A stretch of 64,000 bases of DNA from an uncultured virus (IMG/VR IMGVR_UViG_3300001477_000100). Taxonomy: Duplodnaviria; Heunggongvirae; Uroviricota; Caudoviricetes. This document shows positions 1-8,335 of the stretch, one piece after another (positions within the stretch are counted from its first letter, which is position 1; each line of letters starts with the position of its first letter). The notes beneath the pieces were generated by a model. That model searched no databases. It saw only the letters and a program-made list of their open reading frames with translations, and was not told where the DNA came from. A program made the translations under genes and the position numbers. The stretch lies in the IMG/VR virus record IMGVR_UViG_3300001477_000100. One strand, given 5' to 3'.

Positions 1-212
1 GTCAATGTAGAATTGCCAATGGAGATACGGTAAAGTCTTATACAATCATTATAAATGAGGTAGAAGTAGGAGGCATAAAGATTAATAACATACCTTGCGT
101 TGTTATGGAACAGCAAGACGCTCCTTTACTATTAGGTATGAGCGTTTTAAAAAAACTAGGTGACGATATTTCTATTGATTACAAACGTAACCTTTTGATT
201 TTAAGGAAGTAG
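1..212 (+). CDS. Retropepsin-like (clan AA) aspartyl protease, 3' part only
   Basis: Frame 3 reads QCRIANGDTV...GGIKINNIPCVV..QDAPLLLGMSVLKKLG..SIDY, ending TAG 210-212; ANG and LLGMS motifs are typical of TIGR02281-like proteases. Confidence 0.7.
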   Translation, partial: QCRIANGDTVKSYTIIINEVEVGGIKINNIPCVVMEQQDAPLLLGMSVLKKLGDDISIDYKRNLLILRK

Positions 213-244
213 TTAAAACATTAACAGTTTTTAATACGAAAAAA

Positions 245-276
245 TTTGGAAGTCTCTAAAATTTTCTATATCTTTG
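245..276 (+). promoter_or_regulatory. Bacteroidetes sigma-A-type promoter
   Basis: TTTG-N20-TATCTTTG. Confidence 0.85.
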
Positions 277-347
277 CAATGTGATTCGGAAACGAAAACA
301 ATATACAAAATGAGGTTTAAATTTTAAATGTTTTTAACACGAAAAAA

Positions 348-379
348 TTTGGAAATTACAAATAAAATTTATATCTTTG
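348..379 (+). promoter_or_regulatory. Bacteroidetes sigma-A-type promoter (tandem with previous)
   Basis: TTTG-N20-TATCTTTG. Confidence 0.85.
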
Positions 380-468
380 CAATGTAAAACAAAAACAAAC
401 TAGCAACGAAAGTTGCAGACAAATATTTCACAATTCACAATTTTTATTAACTTTAAAACTTAAACAAA

Positions 469-816
469 ATGGGAAAGTTTTTACAGATGATGAGTCAGAA
501 TGACTCGAAAGCTCTTGTAGCACGTGCGTCACAAATTAACACTCAGGCAAAGATTGCCCAGGAGGAGATTATCCACAAGCTCAAGATTGAGAAAACCAAT
601 GTTGAAATGCAGATTCAGGGTCTGACTGACTTCGCTCCAGACACCACTGATTCTCTGCGCCCTGGTGTAAAGGGTTGGAATCCTAACAAGTGGGCTGCTG
701 ACCTGCAGGATGCTAAGACTCGTCTCTACGAGCTTGGTGTTGAACTGAAGATTGCTCAGGCAACTTATGACGAGTTCTTCGGTGGTGACGATGAGGATGC
801 TGCTGACGCTCAGTAA
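469..816 (+). CDS. Hypothetical coiled-coil protein
   Basis: 115-aa ORF after tandem promoters, strongly biased codons, followed by a terminator. Confidence 0.85.
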   Translation: MGKFLQMMSQNDSKALVARASQINTQAKIAQEEIIHKLKIEKTNVEMQIQGLTDFAPDTTDSLRPGVKGWNPNKWAADLQDAKTRLYELGVELKIAQATYDEFFGGDDEDAADAQ

Positions 817-842
817 TCAAAGTTAGAGGCGCATCTAAGCTA

Positions 843-878
843 GGTGGGTAGCCACCAAAATGGCTACCTACTTTTTTT
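843..878 (+). terminator. Intrinsic terminator
   Basis: gtgggtagcca-ccaaaa-tggctacctac followed by T-run. Confidence 0.8.
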
Positions 879-910
879 CAAAGTATTAACTTAAAAAGAT
901 AAGAGACTTT

Positions 911-1519
911 ATGTGGAAATTCGCAAAACTTCATTCTGACAACAGCCCTATGGCTGAGATTTTGTCACAGTGCAGCGACAAGTCTAATCTCCGTCTCGTT
1001 ATTTATCACCTCTCTGAAAATCATGTAGAGTGTGCAACTGGCCCTAACGAGGTTCGTCAGCTTACTCTCACTAGTGAAGAGGCACGTACAATCCGCAATG
1101 AGGCACGTAATGGTGTGCATGCGATTCTTGCCTTTGACTGTGGTAGTGGACACGTTTACTTGATTGACAGTACTCCAGAGCTTCAAATTGCTTCGGCTGT
1201 GTTGCTTTGCGTTGTTACTGAGTTGCTGAATGGCTGCGTACAGCCAAGGCAGAGTCAGTGTGGTAGACCAGAGGTACGTGTGGCACGTCCTAGCATCGAT
1301 AAAGTTGCTTCAGCTAACTATCGTGCAATGGAGCAGCGCACTGCTCAGAGAGACGCAAACGGACGTTTTGTTCGCAAGCTAGAGAAAGATGAAACACCAT
1401 CAGACAAAAAACTTATTGAAGATGATGTTCTTGGAAGCAACGAGCCTTGGAAGAATCCTCCAGTGGCAGAGAGTGCTGATACCGTTATGAATCGTAGGTT
1501 CAGACTCGGTAGACACTAA
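911..1519 (+). CDS. Hypothetical protein with RDANGRFV motif
   Basis: 202-aa ORF. Confidence 0.8.
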   Translation: MWKFAKLHSDNSPMAEILSQCSDKSNLRLVIYHLSENHVECATGPNEVRQLTLTSEEARTIRNEARNGVHAILAFDCGSGHVYLIDSTPELQIASAVLLCVVTELLNGCVQPRQSQCGRPEVRVARPSIDKVASANYRAMEQRTAQRDANGRFVRKLEKDETPSDKKLIEDDVLGSNEPWKNPPVAESADTVMNRRFRLGRH

Positions 1520-1525
1520 AAAACT

Positions 1526-1567
1526 AAGGCTTATCATTTAGGAGAATGGATGATAAGCCTTTTTTTT
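1526..1567 (+). terminator. Intrinsic terminator
   Basis: aaggcttatcatt / gatgataagcctt stem followed by T-run. Confidence 0.8.
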
Positions 1568-1575
1568 ATTAAAAC

Positions 1576-1659
1576 GCACCACTAGCACGTAATTGGAAGC
1601 GTCCCTCTCTCCTAAAGAGGTATCGAAAGGTCTTATGGGTTCGAATCCCATGTGGTGTT
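1576..1659 (+). tRNA. tRNA-Arg(CCT) with extended variable region, CCA not encoded
   Basis: Acceptor GCACCAC/GTGGTGT, anticodon arm CCTCT-CT CCT AA-AGAGG, T arm ATGGG-TTCGAAT-CCCAT, 14-nt variable region. Confidence 0.8.
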
Positions 1660-1708
1660 CTAATTTCAGATACTAATTATTTTTGTACGTATTCGAATAT
1701 TTATAATT

Positions 1709-1996
1709 ATGAAAACTAGGGATAAAGCATATAGAAGGTGGAAAGACCACATGAAATATGTATCTAGGCTGAAAAAAGTTCTATATTATTGGGATGTTGA
1801 AGATAAAAATGCTCCCAACAAATGGAGAAAGGCGAAAAATTGGAAAGAGTTAGATACTCCAGAGAGTAAAGCTAAACAGTATAAGACTGTTACTAGAAAA
1901 TGGTCTTATGTGTATGAAAAAATAAAATCGCATATAAAGAATAAAAAACAACGAAAAGAAGGAAAAGATATTTCAAATAATTTTCTTAAAACATAA
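1709..1996 (+). CDS. Basic hypothetical protein
   Basis: 95-aa Lys/Arg-rich ORF, preceded by AATATTTATA. Confidence 0.7.
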   Translation: MKTRDKAYRRWKDHMKYVSRLKKVLYYWDVEDKNAPNKWRKAKNWKELDTPESKAKQYKTVTRKWSYVYEKIKSHIKNKKQRKEGKDISNNFLKT

Positions 1997-2001
1997 TATT
2001 T

Positions 2002-2139
2002 ATGATACCATGTGATGAAAAATGTCAATTATATTTTAGGTGCGAATTTGCGAATCGCAGACCTAGATGTATTTTCGATATGGGAATATATGTTAAAGAA
2101 GATGATGAAGATGAATTTCTTGAAAAATTAACTTATTAA
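2002..2139 (+). CDS. Small Cys-containing protein (45 aa)
   Basis: MIPCDEKCQLYFRCEFANRRPRC...LTY*, read by hand. Confidence 0.55.
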   Translation: MIPCDEKCQLYFRCEFANRRPRCIFDMGIYVKEDDEDEFLEKLTY

Positions 2140-2154
2140 AATAAGAATAAAATT

Positions 2155-2310
2155 ATGATGATGTCAAAGGATAAAGAAATGCAAGATTATTTTCGTAAGA
2201 AATTGAGGATAGCTTTACTTGGTGAATCATCATTAATGACGCACAATCAAGTGAGCGAGTTATGTAGGAAATTCTTTGAATACGGCATAGAATACGCTAA
2301 AAAGTCTTAA
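2155..2310 (+). CDS. Small hypothetical protein (51 aa)
   Basis: MMMSKDKEMQDYFRKKLR...AKKS*, A-rich leader. Confidence 0.55.
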   Translation: MMMSKDKEMQDYFRKKLRIALLGESSLMTHNQVSELCRKFFEYGIEYAKKS

Positions 2311-2524
2311 GGAAAGTTTTGTTAGACAATTAAGCGGTATACCTCAAGACCCAAACGCTATGGGTGGTCAAGACCCTAATGCTATGGGAGGGGGTATGAA
2401 TAGCCCTATAGAATAATTATGCAAGCACTTTAAATAGAACTATAATATAATATAGAACTATAATATAATAAATTATATATTAATAGAAAATTATGCTTGT
2501 GGTTTAACAGACTTATATTTGTAT

Positions 2525-2625
2525 CACCTAGCCAGCACGTGAGGCAGATTGGGATGCAAGGGCTTTTAAGGTTAATCCAACTAGCAATGGCGTAGCTAAC
2601 TATTGCATAGGGGTTAACCTTTTTG
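2525..2625 (+). ncRNA. Candidate structured ncRNA / long hairpin
   Basis: Follows a TATATTTG box at 2514-2521; GC-richer non-coding DNA with nested stems aaggttaa/ttaacctt and gcaat/attgc. Confidence 0.35.
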
Positions 2626-2633
2626 TTTCTCAA

Positions 2634-2698
2634 CGGTAGTAGTACATTGTACGAGAATGTTGACCTAGGCAGCAGTGGTGCAAATCCATGACTACCGA
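2634..2698 (+). tRNA. Aberrant short tRNA-like element, apparent CTA anticodon
   Basis: CGGTAGT/ACTACCG acceptor, GTAC/GTAC mini D-arm, TGTTG-ACCTAGG-CAGCA arm, GTGG-TGCAAAT-CCAT T-arm. Confidence 0.45.
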
Positions 2699-2746
2699 CA
2701 TTAGTTATAATAATTTAATTAAAAATTTTATAAAAATTAAGTAAAA

Positions 2747-4111
2747 ATGAAAAAGTTTTTATTGATGGGTTTCGTAGCCCTTGCTTTCGCAAGTTGCGTA
2801 AGTGACAAGGAAGTTGCCCCACAGACTCAAGACCAGAAGTACGCTGCTGCATTTGAGAATCTCGTGGGTGGACAAGTAAACGCCAATGTAAATTGGGGCT
2901 TCACTGATATGAATACCAATGTGGTAAAGGATAAAGATGATGCAAGTGCCTCTCGCCGTGCTCATAATGTAAACCGTAATCAATGGGGAACAGACCAATG
3001 TGCAGTTAATGTTCCTGTAAACGTTACTCCCAATGAAAGACAGCTAGTTTATGACTATTTCAATGTAAAACGTGAGGGAGCTGTTAACCAGAATAACGTT
3101 ATTTGGACTGACTACTTCATTTCTGAGGTATGGAAAGGTACGTCTACATCTAAAGATGGAGACGGAAATAATGTATTAGGCTCTGACAAGATGAATCACT
3201 TGCAGGTTCTTAAGGGTGATGGTAGCATTAACTCTGATGGTGCTTTAGTAGGAAACTGGGAGCATGCAAACGACTTCAATAACGGTAACCACAACTCTTC
3301 TTTTGGTACTATAGAAGGTCACACTTTTATGTATAATAGTGGTACATACGATTTTGCTTACCATAATGCAGTGGATTCTAAATACCATAATGAATATATA
3401 ATTATTCCTGGTTCTGAAATTGACCCCTCTTTAGCGGGATATTACTATGTTGGCTTCGATTTCTATGCTACACATCCAACAGGACAAGAGAGTAATAAGA
3501 ACATGGATGTTGAACGCGACTGGTTCTTTACTGACTGGATTGTACGTATCAGTCCTGCAGAGTACATTAATACTAAGCGCGTATTTGTTGAGGACTTGAA
3601 GGACAGCAGTCTCGATAATCTTAATATCAGCGACTGGGACTTCAACGATGCTGTATTTGATGTCGCATTTATTTCAGAGCAAAGTCAAGTAGACTGGAAA
3701 TATTATGATTATGCTCTTATTACTTTGTGGGCAGCAGGTGGTACCAAGGCTCTGACAATTGGTGGTAAGGAAGTGCATGAGTTGTTTGGTCAACCAGTTT
3801 CTACCATGATTAATACCAATGCTAATGGTGGCGTTGATGGTTTGGCTCCAGTTCAATTCCGTATTTATTATGGTCCTGCTGATAATACTGCAACTCGCAA
3901 TGCTTTAGAAATTGTAACAAGGGTTGGCTCTACAGAACTGACAGCAAAAACAGGTGAAGCTACTCAGAAGTGTGCAGTTTCTACTAAGACTAAGTGGATG
4001 AAGGAGCGCAAGCAACTCACTGGCAGCTATACCTCATTCAAAGCGTATGTAAAAGATAATAATCCTGAGGAGTGGTATAAAACAATTGCCAACGAAGGTG
4101 ACTTGTATTAA
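2747..4111 (+). CDS. Bacteroidales-type surface lipoprotein (DUF4842/DUF4114-like motif)
   Basis: Lipobox FASC after a hydrophobic signal peptide; EDL..DWDFNDAVFD motif. Confidence 0.75.
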   Translation: MKKFLLMGFVALAFASCVSDKEVAPQTQDQKYAAAFENLVGGQVNANVNWGFTDMNTNVVKDKDDASASRRAHNVNRNQWGTDQCAVNVPVNVTPNERQLVYDYFNVKREGAVNQNNVIWTDYFISEVWKGTSTSKDGDGNNVLGSDKMNHLQVLKGDGSINSDGALVGNWEHANDFNNGNHNSSFGTIEGHTFMYNSGTYDFAYHNAVDSKYHNEYIIIPGSEIDPSLAGYYYVGFDFYATHPTGQESNKNMDVERDWFFTDWIVRISPAEYINTKRVFVEDLKDSSLDNLNISDWDFNDAVFDVAFISEQSQVDWKYYDYALITLWAAGGTKALTIGGKEVHELFGQPVSTMINTNANGGVDGLAPVQFRIYYGPADNTATRNALEIVTRVGSTELTAKTGEATQKCAVSTKTKWMKERKQLTGSYTSFKAYVKDNNPEEWYKTIANEGDLY

Positions 4112-4202
4112 TTTGAATCCATTAAATACAATCATAAACAATTTTTTCAAAATAGGGAAATATTTATGTAGAAATAATATATTTTAATAGTGTAAGTAAG
4201 TG

Positions 4203-4790
4203 ATGTTTATAGGGTCTAATAATTCATTAACATACCTTAGACCATCTACATGGTGGTCTAAGGCTTTCAAATGGTTTGGAAGATGCCAATCGGCAGACTA
4301 CAAAGAGCAGTATACATATTGTGGCGTGAGACTATTTGATTTCCATTTATATGCTGATAATCATTGCCATATCATTGTAAAAAATGGAAAATATGAGTAT
4401 AATTTGTTTTCATTCTATGAAACGCTCAAATATCTCAATGATAAAGGTGATGTAACTCTTAATGTGGTTTTTGAAGCGTCTTTATACGATAAGAATAACG
4501 ACACAGAATACAAAAGAATTGAGAAAAAATTCTCTGAAATATGTGGGATAATGGAAACCATATATCCAAACATTAAATATATAGGTGGTCATAGGAAATA
4601 TGATGGGGAAAAGTTGCATACCTTTAAGTATGAAGCGAAAAACGGAACTCCTAACATTATTGATATGAGCAATAGTAATTGGTTTTATCGTTTACTTCCA
4701 ATCCTATCTAGTTTCAGAAATAGATACTACATCAAGAAATATGAGAATGAAAATGGTTTTCTTCTTTTAAATTTCGTTGATAGAAGATAA
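4203..4790 (+). CDS. PI-PLC X-domain-like protein, probably inactive
   Basis: GSNNSLTY (cf. GSHNS), CQ....EQY..GVRLFD pattern of PI-PLC-like phosphodiesterases. Confidence 0.6.
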   Translation: MFIGSNNSLTYLRPSTWWSKAFKWFGRCQSADYKEQYTYCGVRLFDFHLYADNHCHIIVKNGKYEYNLFSFYETLKYLNDKGDVTLNVVFEASLYDKNNDTEYKRIEKKFSEICGIMETIYPNIKYIGGHRKYDGEKLHTFKYEAKNGTPNIIDMSNSNWFYRLLPILSSFRNRYYIKKYENENGFLLLNFVDRR

Positions 4791-4862
4791 AGTAGCTGTA
4801 GGTATGTGTACACAACCTTAAACATAGTGAACGGATTTATTCTAGTGACGCAGCTAGTTAAT

Positions 4863-4947
4863 GGCGAGGTGGCAGAGTGGTCTATCGCACTTCTCTCATA
4901 AGGAAGGGAGCTTCGGCTCATCGTTGGTTCGAAACCAACCCTCGCTA
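4863..4947 (+). tRNA. tRNA with CAT anticodon (Met) and long variable arm, CCA not encoded
   Basis: GGCGAGG/CCTCGCT acceptor, CTTCT-CT CAT AA-GGAAG, V-arm GAGC-TTCG-GCTC, GTTGG-TTCGAAA-CCAAC. Confidence 0.85.
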
Positions 4948-4949
4948 CA

Positions 4950-5046
4950 AAGAAGCATACAGCAAGTAACTCTGTGGAGGAATGGTATACTCAATAGTCT
5001 GCAAAACTATCTTTTGTGGGTTCGAATCCCACCTTTAATGCTTCTT
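4950..5046 (+). ncRNA. tRNA-Cys(GCA)-like RNA with displaced closing stem
   Basis: D-like arm, anticodon arm ATAGT-CT GCA AA-ACTAT and T arm GTGGG-TTCGAAT-CCCAC are present but there is no canonical acceptor; the element is enclosed by AAGAAGCAT/ATGCTTCTT. Confidence 0.55.
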
Positions 5047-5057
5047 GTTTTATATCC

Positions 5058-5084
5058 AAGCACTCAGAAATGAGTGCTTTTTTT
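5058..5084 (+). terminator. Intrinsic terminator
   Basis: aagcactca-gaaa-tgagtgctt followed by T-run. Confidence 0.85.
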
Positions 5085-5157
5085 CATTTTTAGATAATTA
5101 TTAAGAACTGACTTATATCAATTAAAAGTGTAAAAACAACAATTTTACTTTGGAAAT

Positions 5158-5189
5158 TTTGGGTATTAATTATATTTTTCATATCTTTG
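5158..5189 (+). promoter_or_regulatory. Bacteroidetes sigma-A-type promoter
   Basis: TTTG-N20-TATCTTTG. Confidence 0.8.
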
Positions 5190-5574
5190 CAATGTTATAA
5201 ATGATTGGTGTGTTCGCACACACATAATTGACTTACGTCAAAATTAAGGGTGTTTTTTGAAAATAGATTAATAAAATGATTGTTTTAAAAAAATTATATA
5301 ATATATATTATAGGAAGTGAGTGAATAATGGTTGATATAGAAAACTTGAAATTTAACCTTGGTTATGTAATCACTAGAAAGCAAGGAACAGTAGAGAACT
5401 TGAAAAAATAATAGGAAGAAGTGCAAAAGAAAGTTTCTCATCTGTAGGATTTATAAAGCTAGGGTATTATAAATGGTCTAAGTTGAAATTGGCTGATGAG
5501 TATTACAAAGACCTATATGGTTATTTTTCATATCTATATCAGATTGTTAAATTTAAATTGAAAGGGAAATAATT

Positions 5575-5658
5575 ATGAAGAAGATAGCAAATTATCTACA
5601 TGCTTGGCTTAACAACTATGCTAGCATGACTCCCACTGGAATGATTCCATTGGTGTAA
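5575..5658 (+). CDS. Small peptide (27 aa)
   Basis: MKKIANYLHAWLNNYASMTPTGMIPLV*, after AAAGGGAAATAATT. Confidence 0.6.
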   Translation: MKKIANYLHAWLNNYASMTPTGMIPLV

Positions 5659-5793
5659 TGACAGCTTGGGAAGTTTTGCCCTAGCCAAACGAAAAGAACA
5701 GTAAGTGCAGCGGAATTGTTGGGGGTTTAGACCCTTTAACAGTTCCTTAAAAAAAAAGTAAGTAAATAAGTAAGTGTAAAAAGGGAAATAATT

Positions 5794-6189
5794 ATGAAGA
5801 AGTTTTTTTTAATGATGGTGATGATGCTCACCATGAGTGTGTATTCATTTGCAGAGGATAACAATGCAACTAAGTTAGCAAATACTGAAAAGTATGAGTT
5901 GAAAGTAAATCATCGTAAATTGGCATGTGCGTTGAATATGTCAAAAGACCAGATGGAAATGTCGGATGAAATAATCTCAGAACTTGAGAGAGATTTGGTT
6001 TTTGCATCTTGCATGGATACAGAAGAGAGCAGCGAGAAAATCGTTGCAAACGCTGTTAAGAAGAATATCAAATATATGTCTTATATCTTGAACGATAAAC
6101 AATATCGTAAGTATTTGACGCTTCTTAACATTACCCTAACTAATAGGGGATTTGATGTTTATGAGTTAAACAAATTTTTAATTAAGTGA
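5794..6189 (+). CDS. Secreted/periplasmic helical protein, Prevotella-like
   Basis: Sec signal MKKFFLMMVMMLTMSVYSFA; same AAAGGGAAATAATT leader. Confidence 0.8.
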   Translation: MKKFFLMMVMMLTMSVYSFAEDNNATKLANTEKYELKVNHRKLACALNMSKDQMEMSDEIISELERDLVFASCMDTEESSEKIVANAVKKNIKYMSYILNDKQYRKYLTLLNITLTNRGFDVYELNKFLIK

Positions 6190-6205
6190 AGAAAGGGAAA
6201 TAATT

Positions 6206-6313
6206 ATGAAGACAATTGGTAATTTAGCTAAGAAAGCAATTAAATGGTATTTTAACCAGTATGCACAGTGCTATAATGAGAAATATTATAAATATTCATA
6301 TAGGCATTATTAA
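6206..6313 (+). CDS. Small peptide (35 aa)
   Basis: MKTIGNLAKKAIKWYFNQYAQCYNEKYYKYSYRHY*, after AAAGGGAAATAATT. Confidence 0.6.
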   Translation: MKTIGNLAKKAIKWYFNQYAQCYNEKYYKYSYRHY

Positions 6314-6374
6314 AAAAAAGTTGAATAAAAGTTGATGCAGATGCACCAACTTTTTGTTTTTTTAACGGTTTTAT

Positions 6375-6406
6375 TTTGGATATTCAATTTTTTTTTAGTA
6401 TCTTTG
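6375..6406 (+). promoter_or_regulatory. Bacteroidetes sigma-A-type promoter
   Basis: TTTG-N20-TATCTTTG, ATG 6 nt downstream. Confidence 0.8.
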
Positions 6407-6412
6407 CATTAT

Positions 6413-6919
6413 ATGGCAAAATGGATGGCAGAATGGTATGGTTATATGAATAAAAGACTAACAGAACACAATAAAATTAAGTTTTTGGCGCAACAACTTG
6501 TTCTTGCGAATAACAAGAGACATAAATTGTGGCATTGTAATATTGAAAGAAAATGGTACGCTTTCCTAAAAAAAAGAAAATTATTCCAAAAATACGTCAA
6601 TAGAATAAATGAAATGTGCCAAAGAAGAGGATTTAGCGGTAGTTATTTTGGTTTAGAATACACTGGCACAATCAAAAAAATATGCCGACGCATAGATGAA
6701 TTCATAAGTGGCAACGGAACATTCCGTTGGTGGCAAAACGTATATGATGAATTTATGTTCGAAGAGAATAAAGCAAGCATTAACCATATTATGAGTGCTA
6801 GACTGTATATGACTGATAAAAAAGAGAAACATCATTCTACATACATCGGAAGCAGTAAACTAAAGAAAAGTATATATGATACATTAGTGGACGGTTTTTT
6901 TAAGTTATTTACGAAATAA
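6413..6919 (+). CDS. Hypothetical protein
   Basis: Start moved to the ATG after the promoter; contains KWYAFLKKRKLF. Confidence 0.7.
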   Translation: MAKWMAEWYGYMNKRLTEHNKIKFLAQQLVLANNKRHKLWHCNIERKWYAFLKKRKLFQKYVNRINEMCQRRGFSGSYFGLEYTGTIKKICRRIDEFISGNGTFRWWQNVYDEFMFEENKASINHIMSARLYMTDKKEKHHSTYIGSSKLKKSIYDTLVDGFFKLFTK

Positions 6920-7392
6920 TGGAATACCCAGAATTATATCTAGATTGGATAGATTATCTACATGAGAAAAAGCTATATGGCACATGGAAAAACGACTTAT
7001 CGTTATGTGCGTATGCATGTGAAAACGCTCCTAATCCAAGGCGCTATATTTTTGGTCTATGCGGAAAATCTGACTACATAGACACAATTATCAATTCATT
7101 TGGCGTAGCAAACGATAAAGGTCTTAGATATGTAATAGATAGGATTGCTCGTGATTTAAAATGGACTATTGCTTATTACAGTTCATCAAAAATAGATTGG
7201 TTTCAAATATATCATAATTTTTATACTTTAAGACACCCACCAATTACATTATCTAGAAAGTTATCTAGAAAACTTTATAGGTCTAACAACAAAATAAGCA
7301 GTAGCTATCACCCAAGAGAAAAAGAAGAACAACCTTGGTATAATAAAAGTTACGAAAAAAATAAATATAATAAAAAAGCATGGAGAAAATGA
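6919..7392 (+). CDS. Hypothetical protein
   Basis: 157-aa ORF, TAATG translational coupling. Confidence 0.75.
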   Translation: MEYPELYLDWIDYLHEKKLYGTWKNDLSLCAYACENAPNPRRYIFGLCGKSDYIDTIINSFGVANDKGLRYVIDRIARDLKWTIAYYSSSKIDWFQIYHNFYTLRHPPITLSRKLSRKLYRSNNKISSSYHPREKEEQPWYNKSYEKNKYNKKAWRK

Positions 7393-7985
7393 CAAATCGT
7401 CCTTGTCTAGACATGGAAAAAGCAATAAAATTGCTTGCAGCCAATTTAAGTAGTTTGGGCATTTCAGAAGGAGATATTGGAGTAGTATTAAGCCAAGCAT
7501 TTATTGGTTGGTTTAGCCGTTCTATGGCAACAGCCATTTTTGTATTCTGTAAAGATGCTGATGGTGATTGGTGTGTTCTAGCATCTGAACGTGGTGAAGA
7601 AGCTGCTGATTTCAGAGGCATGTGGAATTGTCCTTGTGGCTATCTTGACTTTGACGAGACCACAAAGGAATGTGCGGTTCGTGAGTGCTTTGAGGAAACA
7701 GGTGTTAAACTTCCTATTGAAAGTTTGATATTCATTGGTTATGAGGATGACCCAGTTACTGCTAATAGGCAGAATGTGACTTTCCGTTTTGGTGCTAAGA
7801 TTGAAAACCATATCACCACTGACTTCAAGTTCTCAAAAGAGAAGAATGAGGGTGCAGAGGTAGGCGAGATTAAGTGGGTCAAGATTAAGGACATTGACAA
7901 CTACGAGTGGGCTTTCAACCACAAGACTCGCATTGAAGAGATTTCTCTTCAGTTGCGTTTGTGGGATGAAGACGAGGACGTTTAA
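7389..7985 (+). CDS. Nudix hydrolase (possible ADP-ribose pyrophosphatase)
   Basis: Nudix box GYLDFDETTKECAVRECFEETGV; C-terminal WAFNH. Confidence 0.9.
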   Translation: MTNRPCLDMEKAIKLLAANLSSLGISEGDIGVVLSQAFIGWFSRSMATAIFVFCKDADGDWCVLASERGEEAADFRGMWNCPCGYLDFDETTKECAVRECFEETGVKLPIESLIFIGYEDDPVTANRQNVTFRFGAKIENHITTDFKFSKEKNEGAEVGEIKWVKIKDIDNYEWAFNHKTRIEEISLQLRLWDEDEDV

Positions 7986-7996
7986 TCATAGCAGCT

Positions 7997-8335
7997 ATGA
8001 AAAAGATTGTAAGCTTGCTCAATAGTTCTACTAGGAAGAACCAGCCAAAATCTGTCAGTACTGTTTACAAGAAATGGCTTCGCTATCTCAAGAGAAACAA
8101 GCTGTTTGACGAGTACATGATTTATATGGACTATAATTATAGCAGTAGGGGTACATATCCATACCCTTCTGACTACGAGGAATTGGCTGCATTAACCAAT
8201 GCGCTTCAAGCATGTGGTTTTCTTGATGTAGGAAACACATTCATACGCATACATTGGTATTCAGAGTTCTTAAAGTTTACCAAAGAGAGTGTACAATGGT
8301 GGAATTTCTACATTAAAGCAAAATTTTTGTGGTAA
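7997..8335 (+). CDS. Hypothetical protein
   Basis: 112-aa ORF; contains KWLRYLKRNKLFDEY. Confidence 0.7.
   Translation: MKKIVSLLNSSTRKNQPKSVSTVYKKWLRYLKRNKLFDEYMIYMDYNYSSRGTYPYPSDYEELAALTNALQACGFLDVGNTFIRIHWYSEFLKFTKESVQWWNFYIKAKFLW

Noticed and set aside
4793..4857. Possible decayed tRNA (TAGCTGT/GCAGCTA ends)
   Set aside because: No convincing anticodon or T arm
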